In this document: one piece after another, positions 48,663-61,528 of the stretch
Layout of the letters: every line of letters begins with the position of its first letter
Position numbering within the stretch: position 1 is the first letter of the stretch
Source of the DNA: Malacoraja senta
Taxonomy: Eukaryota
Assembly: GCA_038087875.1 (NCBI GenBank)
Contig: CM075988.1
Span: 310,001 to 374,000, forward strand
Direction: 5' to 3'
DNA: 64,000 nt
Notes under the pieces: model-generated
Told to the model about the DNA's origin: nothing
Databases searched by the model: none
Seen by the model: the letters and a program-made list of their open reading frames with translations, nothing else
Made by a program: the position numbers and the translations under genes

Positions 48663-50415
48663 GCCGACTTGGAACACATGGCTGCACGCTGCCAGTTTCT
48701 TGATCTGTGCGATGAACTCATCCGTGACAAGCTTGTTGGAGGTATGCTTGATGGCAAGTTAAGGAGTGAACTTCTTCGTAATACTGCCCTAACCCTTAAT
48801 CAAGCAGAGCACGCCTGTCAGATTGCTGAGATAACCTCTTCCCACACTGAGTCTGTGCCCTCCCTTCACCGTTCGCAGTATAGTCAATCTTACAGACACC
48901 TCCTCTCGTAACACCATTCCCAGCCCTCCCCTGCCTGGCAGCAGAGAGGTTCGATGTCAAAATTGCAACTATTTTCATGCTACGGGTCGGCAGTTATGTG
49001 TTGCTTATGGTAAAACCTGTAATTTCTGCAAGAAATTAAACCCCTTTGCTAGATGCTGCCGTTCACGTGAGACTCAGCCAGCTCCAAGGACGAGCCTGCA
49101 CCTGTTACAACATGAACTTGCTGATAACGAATGCTTAGGGCCTGGCTTGCCATCCCCCGCTCCGCTCTCAGAAAGTACAGATACCAGCTCTGCCAACAAT
49201 TCTCTCCTCCCTTCATCTAATGAGCAACTTGACCCTGAGGTAACCATGTTTGTGAATACATGTCCGAAGTTACTTACTTCGGACATGTTTTCACAAGTGA
49301 TGGTCTCAGTCCAGACCCATCAAAGACTGTAGCTATCAACGAAATGCTGGTTCCTATTGACGTTGCGAGTCTACAAAGGTCCCTTGGAATGGTCAACTAC
49401 CTGGGGAATTTTATTCCCAACCTCAGCGACATATCTGCCCCCCTGCGAGAACTGACACACAAGGACGCTGCATGGTCCTGGTATCCGCAGCACCAAAGAG
49501 CTTTTGACACTCTCAAATTGCAGCTGGCTAGCGCACCTACTCTCGCCTACTTTGCTTTGGAGTTACCAGTAACGCTCACCTGCGATGTGTCCCAGTACGG
49601 ACTTGCCACTGCTTGCCTGCAGACCACTACCAATGGCGAATGCAAGCCTGGTTCTGACGTCTTGCACACTAACTGACATTGAACAACGTTATGCCCAGAT
49701 CGAAAAAGAATTGCTCGCAGTAGTTTTTGCCTGCACGAAATTCAAGGACTTTATTTTTGGGAAGTCTGTGACTATAGAAACTGTCCACCAGGTCACTATT
49801 TTGAACAAACCCATCCACGCTCCCCAGCCCGCCTACAACGAATGATGATGCAGCTGCAGCGATTTAATTTCAACGTGGTCTATAAGAAAGGCAAGGACAT
49901 GCACATTGCTGACATGTTATCAAGATCCCCATGCAAAACCAATGAACAACAACTCTCTGAACAGGACCAGTTCTCAGTAATGAAGGTATCGTATGTTCCT
50001 ACTGATTGTTTGAGCAGCCTAGCGGAACACACGGCTGCTGACGAGACTTTACAATTGCTGTCTGCAGTCATCCGCCGTGGCTGGCCGGATAAACAACACA
50101 ACACCCCGCTCGCAATCCGCCCATACTTCCTGGGGTTCATGACGAATTGGTGTTACAGGATGGGATTATAGTTCAGGACCACAAGGCAGTTGTCCCAGCC
50201 GTCCTCCGGGACAAGTACTTTGACGCCACTCCGGGCCACCCAGCTTGGAGGCAACCCTACATTGGGCACAAATCATGTTTTACTGGCCTGGTATGACCAA
50301 ATACATACGCAAAAAAATGAAGTCTGCAAAAGCCTGACACCACATCAGCAGACGCAGCCTTTACTGCTGCACCCATTCCCTCCTCTCCCGTGGTCCACGT
50401 TAGCCACTGACATAT
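48663..50415 (+). mobile_element. Gypsy (Mag-like) LTR retrotransposon internal remnant with deletions
   Basis: gag-like IRDKLVGG..LRSELL..LTLNQA, with a Cys-knuckle remnant at about 48955-49060. RT/RNaseH remnants LGMVNYLGNFIPNLS, LTCDVSQYGL and YAQIEKELLAVVFAC. No LTRs seen. Confidence 0.75.
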
Positions 50416-51640
50416 TACCTCCAAGCGGTTCCTTTACCTCGAGCTCTCTTATCAAATCTGGTTCATTAGACAACACTAAATCCAGAATTGCCTTTTCTCT
50501 GGTCGGCTCCACTACAAGCTGCTCTAAGAATCCATCTCGGAGGCACTCTACCAACTCTCTTTCTTGGGGTCCTGAACCAACCTGATTTCCCCAGTCTACC
50601 TGCATATTGAAAACCCCCATCACCACAGTGGCATTACCTTTGTTAATGCCAGTTTTAACTCCTGCTGCAACTTGCACCCTACTATTTGGGGGTCTGTGGA
50701 TAACACCAATTACTGTCTTCTTGCCTTTACAATTCCTCAACTCAATCCACAGTGACTCTACCTCGTCAGTCCCTATGTCTTCCTTCGCAAGGGACTGAAT
50801 TACATCCCTCACCAGCAAAGCTATCCCCCTCTCCTCTGCCCATAGGATGTCCTTTCTATAGGATGTATAACCCTGAATATTAAGTTCCCAGGCCCGATCC
50901 TCCTTCAGCCACGTCTCAGTAATCCCCACAATGTCATATCTACCAACCTCTAACTGAGCCTCAAGCTCATCTACTTTACTTCTTATACTTCGCGCATTCA
51001 TATACAATACTTTTAATTCCTTACGCATCTCACCTTTCACATCGATCCCTATTACACTTGGCCATACTCTCCTATCCCTTTGTGAGCTTTCTTTCCCGTT
51101 AATTCTGGGGTCATTAACTATCCCTTTCTTTCCCTTTAACTCCATCCTTGACTACCCCATTTGACAGCCCCTGCCCCTTATTTAGTTTAAAATCTGCAGA
51201 ATATTCATCCCCTTCTTTCTGACATCATTTGTGTCGACATGCACTACCACTTGCGGCTGTTCACCTTTGCCCTTGAGGATTTTCTGCTCTGTCCGTGACA
51301 TCCTGGATCCTGGCACCAGGGAGGCAGCACACCATCCTCGAATCCCGTCTGTTGCTGCAGAAACCCCTGTCCGTACCTCTCACAATGGAGTCTCCAACCA
51401 CCTGACGTCGGCCTCTGGTTTTGGCTCAACAGCACTTTTTGCTTCGCAGGCTAGTCCGCCGCTCAGTGTGTTAACATCTTCTGTCCCGACAGCTTCTAAG
51501 TGGGTGAACCTGTTCTCAAGAGGTACAACACCCAGAGACCATTGCATTCCATATTTCCTTCCCTTTGTCACCATCACCCACCTTCTCGTTTCCAGTACCT
51601 TAGGTGTAACAATCTTACTGTAGGACTCGTCGAGGAACAA
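50415..51640 (-). mobile_element. CR1 family 'C' ORF1/endonuclease fragment
   Basis: ORF 50345..51145 (YMNARSIRSK, VGITETWL) and 51380..51682; inverted homolog of 36565-38100. Confidence 0.85.
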
Positions 51641-51729
51641 GGAACGAGGAAGACAATTGCACTTAAGTGATATATCATCCATTCTGCAGGTATGTAGTTA
51701 TAATCAATTTTTTTCTTATTAGTTAATCC

Positions 51730-51990
51730 TATATGACATTTTCTGTAATTTTGGATGTCGACAGCGGGTCCAGAATACTCGTTGACAAGATCTCCTACAA
51801 CCGTACTTATCAACCAACTGCCGTCTTTGTTCTGAACACTGAACTTGACCAGTTTTCCAACAGGCAGACCAATAACAGGCTAAATTGGAATGCAGTTCCA
51901 ATGCTATTTGACATCCCTAACCCGCTGAAACGTCTGTTTTCCCAACGCAGCTTACTCAAGAGGAAGAATGAGAACCTCCTGTTACCCACA
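51730..51990 (+). pseudogene. Frameshifted THAP-domain remnant, probably from a DNA transposon
   Basis: tgccgtctttgttctgaacac reads CRLCSEH. In another frame this is followed by ELDQFS...RLNWNAVPMLFDIPNP, the THAP AVP motif. Confidence 0.5.
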
Positions 51991-52498
51991 CAAAATTGTG
52001 CAAATGACGATTTATTTATTATTGTATTTAAGTTTGAAATGTTGTCCTTTGGGGTAAGCAAGGGGTGGGGCTATCATTGTTTGAAATATGTTGAATTTTA
52101 CATCACTTTCATTGGTTAGCTGATATGCAAAACACTGCAACCCTGTATATCTCGCGCACAAAATGATGTAAATTATGTAAATATTACCACGAATGCGGAA
52201 ATAAAAAGTGTTTTCCTTGTTTATGAAGGAAAGTTTAGAATTATTTGAAATTGGAGGTTGGTGCAATATACTGCTGACCCACAAATGTGTCGTTATGAGA
52301 TTCACATTTTTTAAATCCATGTCGCAAAAAAAAGCAAGGTCCCCATGTTATTTGACCAACTTATCGGCTGAATTTTAAAATGTAGGTATGTATGCACTAC
52401 ATTGTATTACGCTAATATAGAATGAAAGAATGGAAAAATATTTTGACATTGTGTTCTTGGATATTTTATTCATAATATTAGGATTTCATATATATATA

Positions 52499-52520
52499 TA
52501 TGGAAAAAATATGTGATATA

Positions 52521-52572
<52 letters not shown>

Positions 52573-52630
52573 TATATATTTCTCTAGTTTCTTTCTTGTG
52601 ATTTCCTTTAATTTGTTGATCTTTTTTCAA

Positions 52631-52676
<46 letters not shown>

Positions 52677-52902
52677 TATATATATAGATATATATATATA
52701 GATATATATATATATATAGATATATATATAGATATATAGATATATATATATATATATATATATATAGATATATATATATATATATAGAGAGAGAGATTGA
52801 AAAAAGATCAACAAATTAAAGGAAATCACAAGAAAGAAACTAGAGAAATATATATGTGTGTGTATATATATATATACATCTATATCACATATTTTTTCCA
52901 TA
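52499..52902. repeat. Long palindrome centred on an (AT)n/(AG) microsatellite
   Basis: 52499-52645 is the reverse complement of about 52785-52902, apart from (AT)n length. Confidence 0.9.
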
Positions 52903-53576
52903 AATTGGTCATCAAAACAAAAACTGAGCCAATCTTCAAGTTGACAACAAACTGTCACATCGGCGATCTATGTCACTCAGATCCATAAGGTAATGTGCCG
53001 TTTAGATCACATGCGGTGTCCAATCAGATGGATGCAGTATTCTACTACGTGATCAGGTGAATGAAGTGGAAATGGTGTTTGCAATTTTATTGTTCCATGT
53101 GGTATTCATCAACATAGAAAGGAATAAGAAATACGTGCACTTACTGTGCCAACCAGGCCACTGGTGGACACCACGCAACAACCGTTACACAAAATGCATT
53201 TGTGTATTCTGATGCCATTTTTGGAAACTTGCTATATTTTCTTATATCTGCTGTTGATACTATATTAGTCATGAATCCAATAAATTTGAAATTTTACCCC
53301 ATATGTCATATTTTTGTGTGCAGCTTTGTAAATAAATAAATATATATATTAATATATTAATAAATTAATATATTTTTATATATATGCATATATTTATATG
53401 TATATAATTATAAATATAATTGCCTTTATGGTTCATGTACATCATCTGACAAATAAGATAAAGAGAGTAATAGTGATGTTTAAATCAAAGTTGCTTCTGA
53501 TCCATGATCTCTATCTATTTATCTCTAACTTGCCTCTCACACACAGGCACACACACAAACACACATTCATATATAT

Positions 53577-53810
53577 TGTGGCGGCACCTGATAGCAACCC
53601 AAGGTCACGACGAACCATCGGCTCTAGAGGGCGGCGTCTTGGTGGGGGAGACGCGAGTCACGGGGTCGGTATCTGAGTTGTTATTTAAGGCCGGGCAACG
53701 CCCATGTCAGCTGAGGAGTAGGGAGCTGTAAGCAGAAGAATAAACACGTCTGGAGCACACAACCTGTGTCCGACTAGTTTTTGGCTGGACTCCTGCCAGT
53801 CCCCGCCACC
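53577..53810 (+). repeat. 5' LTR
   Basis: tgtggcgg...ccgccacc, with internal TATTTAA and AATAAA. Confidence 0.95.
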
Positions 53811-56800
53811 ATTGGTGACTCCAGGCGCCCAGGAGTGTAATCCTGGAAGGGAAATTTTAAGAAAAATAGGCATTCTGCCGCTGCCACCTACAAGGCCGAC
53901 GAGGCCGAACTCAACGCGGTCTCCCTGACGCTGCCTACATTTTGGACCTCGCAGCCGAAGGTTTGGTTTCAACAGGCCCAATCCCAATTTCACATCCGCG
54001 GCGTTACAGCTGACGAGACTCGCTATCACTATGTGGGAAGTGCCCTGGACCAGCAGATGGCCAGTCGGGTCATTCCTTACCTGGATAACCCGCCGGTCAT
54101 GGGGAAATACACAGGCCTCAAGGGGCTGTTGCTCCGGATCTACGGGCTGAGCCGAATGCAGCGCGCCTGTCAGGTCCTTACATGGGCGGGCTCGGCCCTC
54201 ATGAGCGAGATGCTCACGCTCATGGGTGATCACCTGCCCTGCCCGCTCTTTGAATTCACCTACCTGCAGCAGTTGCCACGAGACCTCCGCCAGCAGCTCG
54301 TGGGGGAGAGCTTCAAAGATCCCATCCGGCTAGCGTCTCATGCTGACGAGCAGTGGATCTCTGATCAACAGCAGGTAGGCGAGCTGGAAACCTGGAGTAG
54401 CTGGAATGCACAGAATCGCTGGACCGGATTGATTCAATGACCAGGCAGGCCCAGAGACCCAGGACCATGCCCACAATAGGGCCACACCCACAAGAGCCAC
54501 AGGCAAGACAAGTGGCACAGGAGAGAACGATGGCAGAGCCGCAGACCAGACAAGTGGCACAGGAGATGAGGATGGCTGAGCAGGACCCAGGAGATCCAAG
54601 GAGAAGAATGTGGTGTTTTTACCACCAGCGCTGGGGTTCAGCAGCCCGCCAATGGCGCCAGCCATGTTCGTTTCCGGGAAACGGCAACGCCGGCCGCCGA
54701 TAGTCACTGCCGTGTCCGGCAGGGTCCATCGACTGTACGTCTGGGACCGGCGCTCGGGGCTCAGATTCTTGGGGGATACGGGGGCGGAGGTCAGCGTATA
54801 GCCCCCCATCTGGACTCGACCTTCGTGCTGGTAAGAGGGGCCCCCTGTTAACTGCTGCAAATGGCAGTTCAATCCACACATATGGCGTCCGCACGGTTCC
54901 TGTCATTTTCAGTGTGTGCCATTTCAACCGGCCTTTCATCATCGCGGACGTGGCCCAGCCGCTGCTAGGCGCAGATTTCTTGCGGGCGCAGTCGTTCCTC
55001 TAGGACGTGAAGGGCCAATGTCACATCCACGCGTTAACTTTTGAGAAGATCTCCTTGCCCTCCACTGCGCCCACAGCGCCGGTCAGCAACCCTTTAGCGA
55101 CGGTGGACAATGTCTACACCCAGATACTGGCTGAGTTCCGGGACATTGTCACCCCCAAGTTCGGCTCTGCCAGCCTGAGGCACGGTGTCATGCGCCATAT
55201 TCTGACATCGGGTGCACCAGCTCAACGCTCGCGCCCGTAGGCTCGTTCCTGACAAGTTCCTCATAGCAAAGGCGGAGTTTCGGAGTATGGAGGCCATGGG
55301 TATCGTTTGACGCTCCAACAGCCCATGGGCTTCCCCGCTACACATGGTGCCGAAGGTGTCCGGCGGTTGGAGGCCGTGCGGGTACTACCGCCATCTTAAC
55401 GAGGCCACTACCGCTGACCGTTACCCTATTCCCCACATACATGACTTCTCAGCCCATCTGGTCGGGGCTAGGTTCTTCTCTAAGATCGACCTAGTCTGGG
55501 GATATCACCAGATTATCACCCCGTTTGGGTTGTTCGAGTTCCTGCGGATGCCCTTCGGCCTGAAGAATGCCGTGCAGGCCTTTCAGCGCCTGATGGATAC
55601 CATGGTGCATGGGCTCGACTTCCTGTTTGTCTACTTGGACGACATCCTCGTGGCAAGTCGCTCACGAGAGGAACACGGCGCCCACCTGCGTCTACTCTTC
55701 CAGTGCTTCAGTGACCATGGCCTCGTAATTAACCCTGGCAAGTGCCAATTCGGTCTACTGGCCATCAACTTCCTGGGGCATCAGGTGACACGGCATGGAG
55801 CAGTGCCTCTGCCAGACAGGGTTGAGGCATTCCGCAAGTTCCCGCGGCCTGCGACGGTACGTGGCCTCCGGGAGTTCGTAGGGATGGTCACATTTTACCA
55901 CCGGTTCGTTCCGGCGGCTGCCGAACTTTTGCATCCGCTTTTTCAGTTGCTGACGGGCAAGCAGCGGCAGCTACAGTGGGACACTGTTGCCATGGCGGCG
56001 TTTGAAGGGGCGAAGGAGGCCTTGGCTCGGGTGACTATGCTCGTGCATCCGTCGGCCGACTCCCCCACAGCCCTTACCATGGACGCCTCGGACTCTGCGG
56101 TCGGTGGCGTTTTGGAACAGTCCGTTGCGGAGCAGCGCTACAGCGCTTTCGACCGGGAGTTGCTCGCCTTACACCTCGCAGTGTGGCACTTCCGGTACTT
56201 CCTCGAGGGCCGTTCCTTCGTAGCCTTCACGGACCACAAGCCCCTCACATTTGCGTTTGCGAAGCTTTCGGATCCTTGGTCCGCCTGTCAGCAGCGCCAG
56301 CTGGCGGCTATTTCGGAGTATACAACGGACGTCCGGCACATCGCTGGGAAATGCAACCTCATGGCGGATGCTTTGTCCCGTCTGGCAATTGCAGCCGTGC
56401 TTAACCCGGCCTCGGGGATAGATTACTCTGACTTAGCGGCGGCCCAGCTGGCGGACGATGAGATGCCGGCATACTGCACCGCGATCTCTGGCTTGGTGCT
56501 TGAGGGCGTGCCGTTGGTTTCCTCGGGTTCCATCCTCTGTGACATATCCACGGGTCAGCCGAGGCCTATCGTTCCGGCGGCCTGGCCCTGTCGTGTGTTT
56601 GAGGTGATCCATGGGCTGGCCCACCCATCCATCCGGGCCACGGTCGCTATGGTGGCCGCAAGGTTTATGTGGCACGGACTTCGGAAGCAGGTCGCTCGCT
56701 GGGCCCGGGCGTGCATCCCGTGCCAGACATCAAAGGTGCATAGACACGTCCGGGCGCCCATTCAAGACTTCGCAGTGCCACACCGGCGGTTCGATCACAT

Positions 56801-57733
56801 ACACGTGGACATCGTGGGGCCGCTGCCTCCGTCCCAAGAGGTTTCACACCTGCTTACGGTGGTCGACCGTTTTACGAGGTGGCCGGAGGCCATCCTGATC
56901 ATGGACACTTCAACGCAGTCGTGTGCTCGTGCCCTCGTAGCAGCCTGGATTGCCCGCTTTGGGGTTCCACTGCACATAACATCCGACCGGGGCGCCCAGT
57001 TTACATCTGAACTGTGGTCCACCATGGCCCGCCTGTTGGGGACGCAGCTCCACCACACGACAGCGTACCATCCCCGATCAAATGGGTTGGTGGAGCGGTT
57101 CCACTGCTGTCTGAAGGCCACCCTGAAGGCTCGTCTCACAGGCCCTTGGTGGATGGACGAGTTGCCGTGGGTCCTGTTAGGGATTCGGACGGCCCACAAG
57201 GAGGAACTGTCAACGTCCTCCGCGGAGTTGGTATATGGTGAACCACTCACCGTCCCCGGGGAGTTTGTCCCTGCTGCTGATCGGTCCCAGGAACCCTCGT
57301 CATCGGTGCTGATCTGCTTGCAGGAGAGGGTCGGCGCCTTATCTCCCATCCCAACGTCCCTTCCCATGTGCCACTGCCACTGATGGGCTGCCCATACGTT
57401 TTTCTTCGCCGTGACTCCCACAAGTCGCCCTTGCAGCGCGCGTAAGAATATCCCTTTCACGTGCTGCGGCACAGGCCTACTACATTTGATTTGGACATGG
57501 GAGGTCGGCGTGAAACGGTGTCTGTGGCTCGTTTGAAACCAGCCCACTTGGACCTGAGCGAGCCAGTCCATGTGACCCAACCTCCCCGTCGCGGGCGTCC
57601 GCCGTCCCGGGCTCCGGGAGATTCTCCCGAACTGAGCAAGCCCCCGGGGCGCAGGGTTGTATCTACGCATTTGAAACGCCTCGTGCGATGTCCTGTGCGG
57701 TTCGGTGCCTCTAGTTCTGGGGGGGGGGGGTCA

Positions 57734-57967
57734 TGTGGCGGCATCTGATAGCAACCCAAGGTCACGACAAACCATCGGCTCTAGTGGGCGGCGTCTTGGT
57801 GGGGGAGACACGAGTCACGGGGTCGGTATCTGAGTTGTTATTTAAGGCCGGGCAACGCCCATGTCAGCTGAGGAGTAGGGAGCTGTATGCAGAAGAATAA
57901 ACACGTCTAGAGCACACAACTTGTGTCCGACTAGTTTTTGGCTGGACTCCTGCCAGTCCCCGCCACA
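57734..57967 (+). repeat. 3' LTR
   Basis: tgtggcgg...ccgccaca, preceded by a G-tract PPT. Confidence 0.95.
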
Positions 57968-58123
57968 ATATATATATTTAGATATAAGTTAAATTTAATT
58001 TTGTGCACAGTTTGTGTTAATGCAATACAAGGGAAACTGCACAATACAATGCAAGGGCAAACTACGCAAAGGAGGGGGCTGGGGAGGAAGGATGGGAGGA
58101 AAATGGGCAGAAACGGGGAAAAC

Positions 58124-59009
58124 ATCTATATAATTGTCATCTTGACCACTTCCTGCCTGCGCTGTATATTGATTTTAGGAACGCTACCATATATCGCTAT
58201 GATTTTTGGCCATCTTACTCACAGTCCTCCTCCGCTGAACAGGCCCCGAGGATTTTTCCCATCGATGAAAAATAAAAAAGTTATGACTGTTTATAAAACC
58301 TTGAGATCCTCTCGCCTGTCAATCATCGCGATGAAGGAAACACCCCTTCCGGGGGGTGGGGGGGCAAGACTATAAACCCCAATGCCTGGACGTGACTCAG
58401 TCACTGCAAGATTGCGAGGTAGAGGCCATGACTCATCCTAAGCTGTGAATCAACTGAACTGTGAGTCTGCAATGTACTTGCAATGAATGATTTGTTAGCC
58501 CTTAGTGACAATGCCATGAGTTGTTTGTCCTGCGGCCTTGCCTGTGCTTGAAACTGCAATGCTTTATTAGGTCCGACTGTGTTTGGAAGGAATAAATGCT
58601 TTATTAAGTCCGACTGTGTTTGGTTCAAAAGTCCCGCTCATTTCATGACTTCCGCTTAGTGGACAGGTTGCGCTGATTGCGTAATTTCCGGTAAGTGCAG
58701 AGGTCACACTGATTGCGGAAGTGCCGCTGACTGCGGAAGCCCCAAAGTGGAGAGGCCGCGCTCAGTCGTATGAGTATTCAAGAAAGTTTACTGCCATATA
58801 TATGGTGTGTGAGTCTGTGAGGGTGTGTGTTTTTGTGTGTGTCTGATGTGTGTGTGTGTCTGTGTGTGTGTGTATGTGTATGTATGTGTGTGCAAGTGAG
58901 TGTATGTGTTTGTGAGTGTGTGTGTGTGTTTGTCAGTGTATGTGTGAGTGCATGTGTGTGTGTGTGTGTGTGTGTGTGTTTGTGTGAGTATGTATGTGTG
59001 AGTATGTGT

Positions 59010-59047
<38 letters not shown>

Positions 59048-59320
59048 GTGTGCGAGTATATGTGTGAGTATGTGTGAGAGTATGTGTGGGTGTATGTATG
59101 TGTGTGAGTGTATGTGTGTGTGAGTGTATGTGTGTGTGTGTGTATGTGTGTGTATGTGTGTGAGTCTGTGTGTGTGTGTATGTGTATGTGTGTGTCTGTG
59201 TGTGAGTGCGGGTGTATGTGTGTGTGAGTCTGTGTGTGTATATTGGAATTGGTGGAGAGGTGGAATATTGCGTTGGGGGACCAGCCCTCCCATGTGAAGC
59301 TGGGACCCAACGGGTCTAGT
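58124..59320 (-). mobile_element. Possible non-autonomous Helentron/HINE-like element with an internal (CA)n tract
   Basis: The minus strand starts ACTAG followed by a gaccc-gtt-gggtc hairpin and ends TATATAGAT; internal microsatellite; no TSD. Confidence 0.4.
58805..59240. repeat. Imperfect (GT)n microsatellite
   Basis: Read directly. Confidence 0.95.
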
Positions 59321-59386
59321 TTACAATAAATTAACTAAAATATGTGAGCTCCATCACACACTGTTCCCCTACAACACTGATTACAC

Positions 59387-59538
59387 CAAAGATGATAGAG
59401 CGGATTACACTGCGAGAGGCATAACGGAAGCCGCGTTTTTGCATTGAAAAATGGCGTCCGTGACACTCTGTTACGTAGTACACCTCAGTGCGTTGGATTA
59501 CGTAGGAGTGGAGTATCTTGCTCCATCTATGATCTTTG
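59387..59538. mobile_element. Possible small MITE with CAAAGA termini (P-element-like)
   Basis: caaagatgataga ... tctatgatctttg (12/13 inverted match); no TSD visible. Confidence 0.35.
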
Positions 59539-60273
59539 AGCATGAGTGTGAATGTCAGAGCAACTGGGAGGTACATTGAGGATCATCACCTTGTGTTTTT
59601 GGTACCGGGTTCACAGTGATATTCTTAAAGTAGATGAAGATCTGGGAATGGATTTGGGAGAGGTTGAAGATGGCTGCCAATACTGCCTGCTATTCCTCGC
59701 AGTTACTCCTGATGGTGCACCCAGGGACTCCATCTAAGTCTGTTGCTTTCCTCCACTCCAGCACTTTCTACTCGTCCAGAAGCATTCCTGTTTTTATCCT
59801 TCAAGAAATGCACACAAGCTCCCCATATTTCGCCTGACCTACTTTCTAATGCACATATGTTGCAGAATCCTTTGTTTCACCCTTGTTACCAATGAGTGCA
59901 GATTTATCCTGCTTCATCTTAAATATTTCCCACATTTTGACTTATTTATCTTTGCTTCTCCACCTCGGGTAACTGCAATTTATAACCGTTGCCCGCACTG
60001 TCTTGGTGATTTTTCACAAACATGGTAAACACACCCATCTTGAAGGCTCTAGTGATACCCTCCGCTGGAGATCCGCCCACCTGCCCAGCCTTGTTCCTTC
60101 ACAGTGAATCCGCAATAGCAGGCGCACCATCCACCCCCCCCCCCCCCCCCCAGCTGCACGCCTCAATTTGGAATCACGAGGTCTTTGCCGCATGCACCTT
60201 AACTAAGTTTGGAGAATGAGATGTCATATGTCCCCCACCCGCTAACCACCCTCCAGTTAATAATTCAATTTGG

Positions 60274-60395
60274 CTGAAGAAGGGTCCCGACCCTAAACGT
60301 CACCTATCCATGTTCTCCACAATGATTCCTGACCCGCTGAGTTACACCAACTTTGTGTCTATTCTTGTAAACCAGCATCTGCAGTTCCTTGTCTT
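60274..60395 (+). mobile_element. Short hammerhead-core/Penelope-like repeat
   Basis: ctgaagaagggtcccgaccctaaacgtcacctat...aaaccagcatctgcagttcct. Confidence 0.65.
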
Positions 60396-60582
60396 CTGCA
60401 CTGCATAAGAAGCACTTACTCCTTGCGTCCTGGTCAAACATAATGAGTGATAATGTTTGCAGTTGAGGCAGTGGACTCCCCATATTTTGTTCCAACCTTT
60501 CTTCGAACTGCTCCAAACTACAGATAAAGGTAAAGCAATAAATATCGTTTTTGATAGACGCACCGAGGTCTGCTTGATTTTG

Positions 60583-60588
60583 TTTATT
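60583..60588 (-). terminator. Candidate polyadenylation signal AATAAA of the NLR-like gene
   Basis: tttatt on the plus strand, about 105 nt downstream of the stop codon. Confidence 0.4.
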
Positions 60589-60692
60589 TCCTTAGCCAGC
60601 GCAGTGGAAACATTTTACACGGGGCCCGCAGCTGCAACTCTGAAATCTGACGGGTTGTTTGCTCCAAGGCGGTGGTTTACATTTTGCAATGT

Positions 60693-60780
60693 TCATATTG
60701 TTATACTGAGTCTATGTCTGTATTCCCGCACCGACATGAGTTGATTCTCTCCATCTGAACTGAACATATTCCATCTCAAC
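60693..60780 (-). CDS. NLR-like (NLRC3/NLRP-type) gene, terminal coding exon
   Basis: Acceptor tctgtttcag|; phase 2; encodes LRWNMFSSDGENQLMSVREYRHRLSITI followed by TGA at 60695-60693. Confidence 0.75.
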
Positions 60781-60917
60781 CTGAAACAGATTGAGGAATA
60801 AAGAGGACATAAACATATTGTACAACTATGTAAATAACATGAGACTGGGATTAATATTTCAAACGCCAGGGAGACATAGCATCTTTATTCCATGACGCGT
60901 TAACACCAAAGGCTCAC

Positions 60918-61085
60918 CCGATCGTGTCCAGATTGCGATGGGTCAGTATGAGGCGGTAAAGAGTGGGAACAGATTGGTCTGTGAAGGAGTTTGATCCTAG
61001 GTTTAGTTCCGTCAGGGCACAGTTTGCACTGAGAGCTGAGGCGAGATCTTCGGTGCAGAAATCAGTGAGGCCGGCACCATCCATC
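60918..61085 (-). CDS. NLR-like gene, LRR exon (168 nt)
   Basis: Acceptor gatccgcag| and donor |gtgagc; encodes MDGAGLTDFCTEDLASALSANCALTELNLGSNSFTDQSVPTLYRLILTHRNLDTIG, an RI-like LRR. Confidence 0.88.
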
Positions 61086-61528
61086 CTGCGGATCAGAGAA
61101 AGGAACCAACTAGTCACACTGTGCTGGAAAGTGGTCTTGGGACAGATGTACCGTGGATGGTAGTTCGGCAGACCTCTGCTAATGGCCCACGCCTCTCCTC
61201 CCGGCTCCAGGTGTGAAAACTGACTATCATTAAATATCGAATTAAAAATACAGCGCACTTGCAGACACTTCAATACATCTGACTTGCATTAACCACATGG
61301 AGGAGGGGTGCTGTCCGTTCTTAAAACAGCCTCGGTTGACTCTCTTGGTGGACTTGTGTCATGCTAAACATGCGTTTAATTAGTGGGCAGGTAACCCAGT
61401 CTGCAAAATACTAGTGTAAGAAAAACAGGTTAATGGGGCAGAAACGCTGGTGTCGTCAGAAGATCTGCCCCAATATTTAGTGTCAGATATCCAGTGACGA
61501 AACACAAAATCTTTCTCATAGTACTAAC

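Larger units (their letters stand above)
53577..57967 (+). mobile_element. Full-length Gypsy LTR retrotransposon, CsRn1-like lineage, inactivated
   Basis: 234-bp LTRs at 53577-53810 and 57734-57967 (8 mismatches by my count); ATAT TSD; PBS tggtgactcc (tRNA-Trp-like); poly-G PPT. Coding motifs: gag LPTFW..QPKVWF, CHCC-like CFYHQRWG..PC, protease DTGAEVS, and RT-RH-IN ORF 55344..57383 (YLDD, HVDIVGP, SDRGAQF, NGLVER). Confidence 0.95.

Noticed and set aside
50345..51145. Endonuclease with a novel Cys-rich C-terminus
   Set aside because: It is a CR1 endonuclease fragment reading through into the antisense strand of the Gypsy remnant.
52644..52958. Ile/Tyr-rich membrane protein
   Set aside because: This is a translation of (AT)n.
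56795..57670. 291-aa antisense gene in the Gypsy element
   Set aside because: It is a shadow ORF on GC-rich integrase sequence with no recognisable motifs.
58778..59310. His/Thr-rich or Cys/Val-rich proteins
   Set aside because: These are translations of a (GT)n microsatellite.
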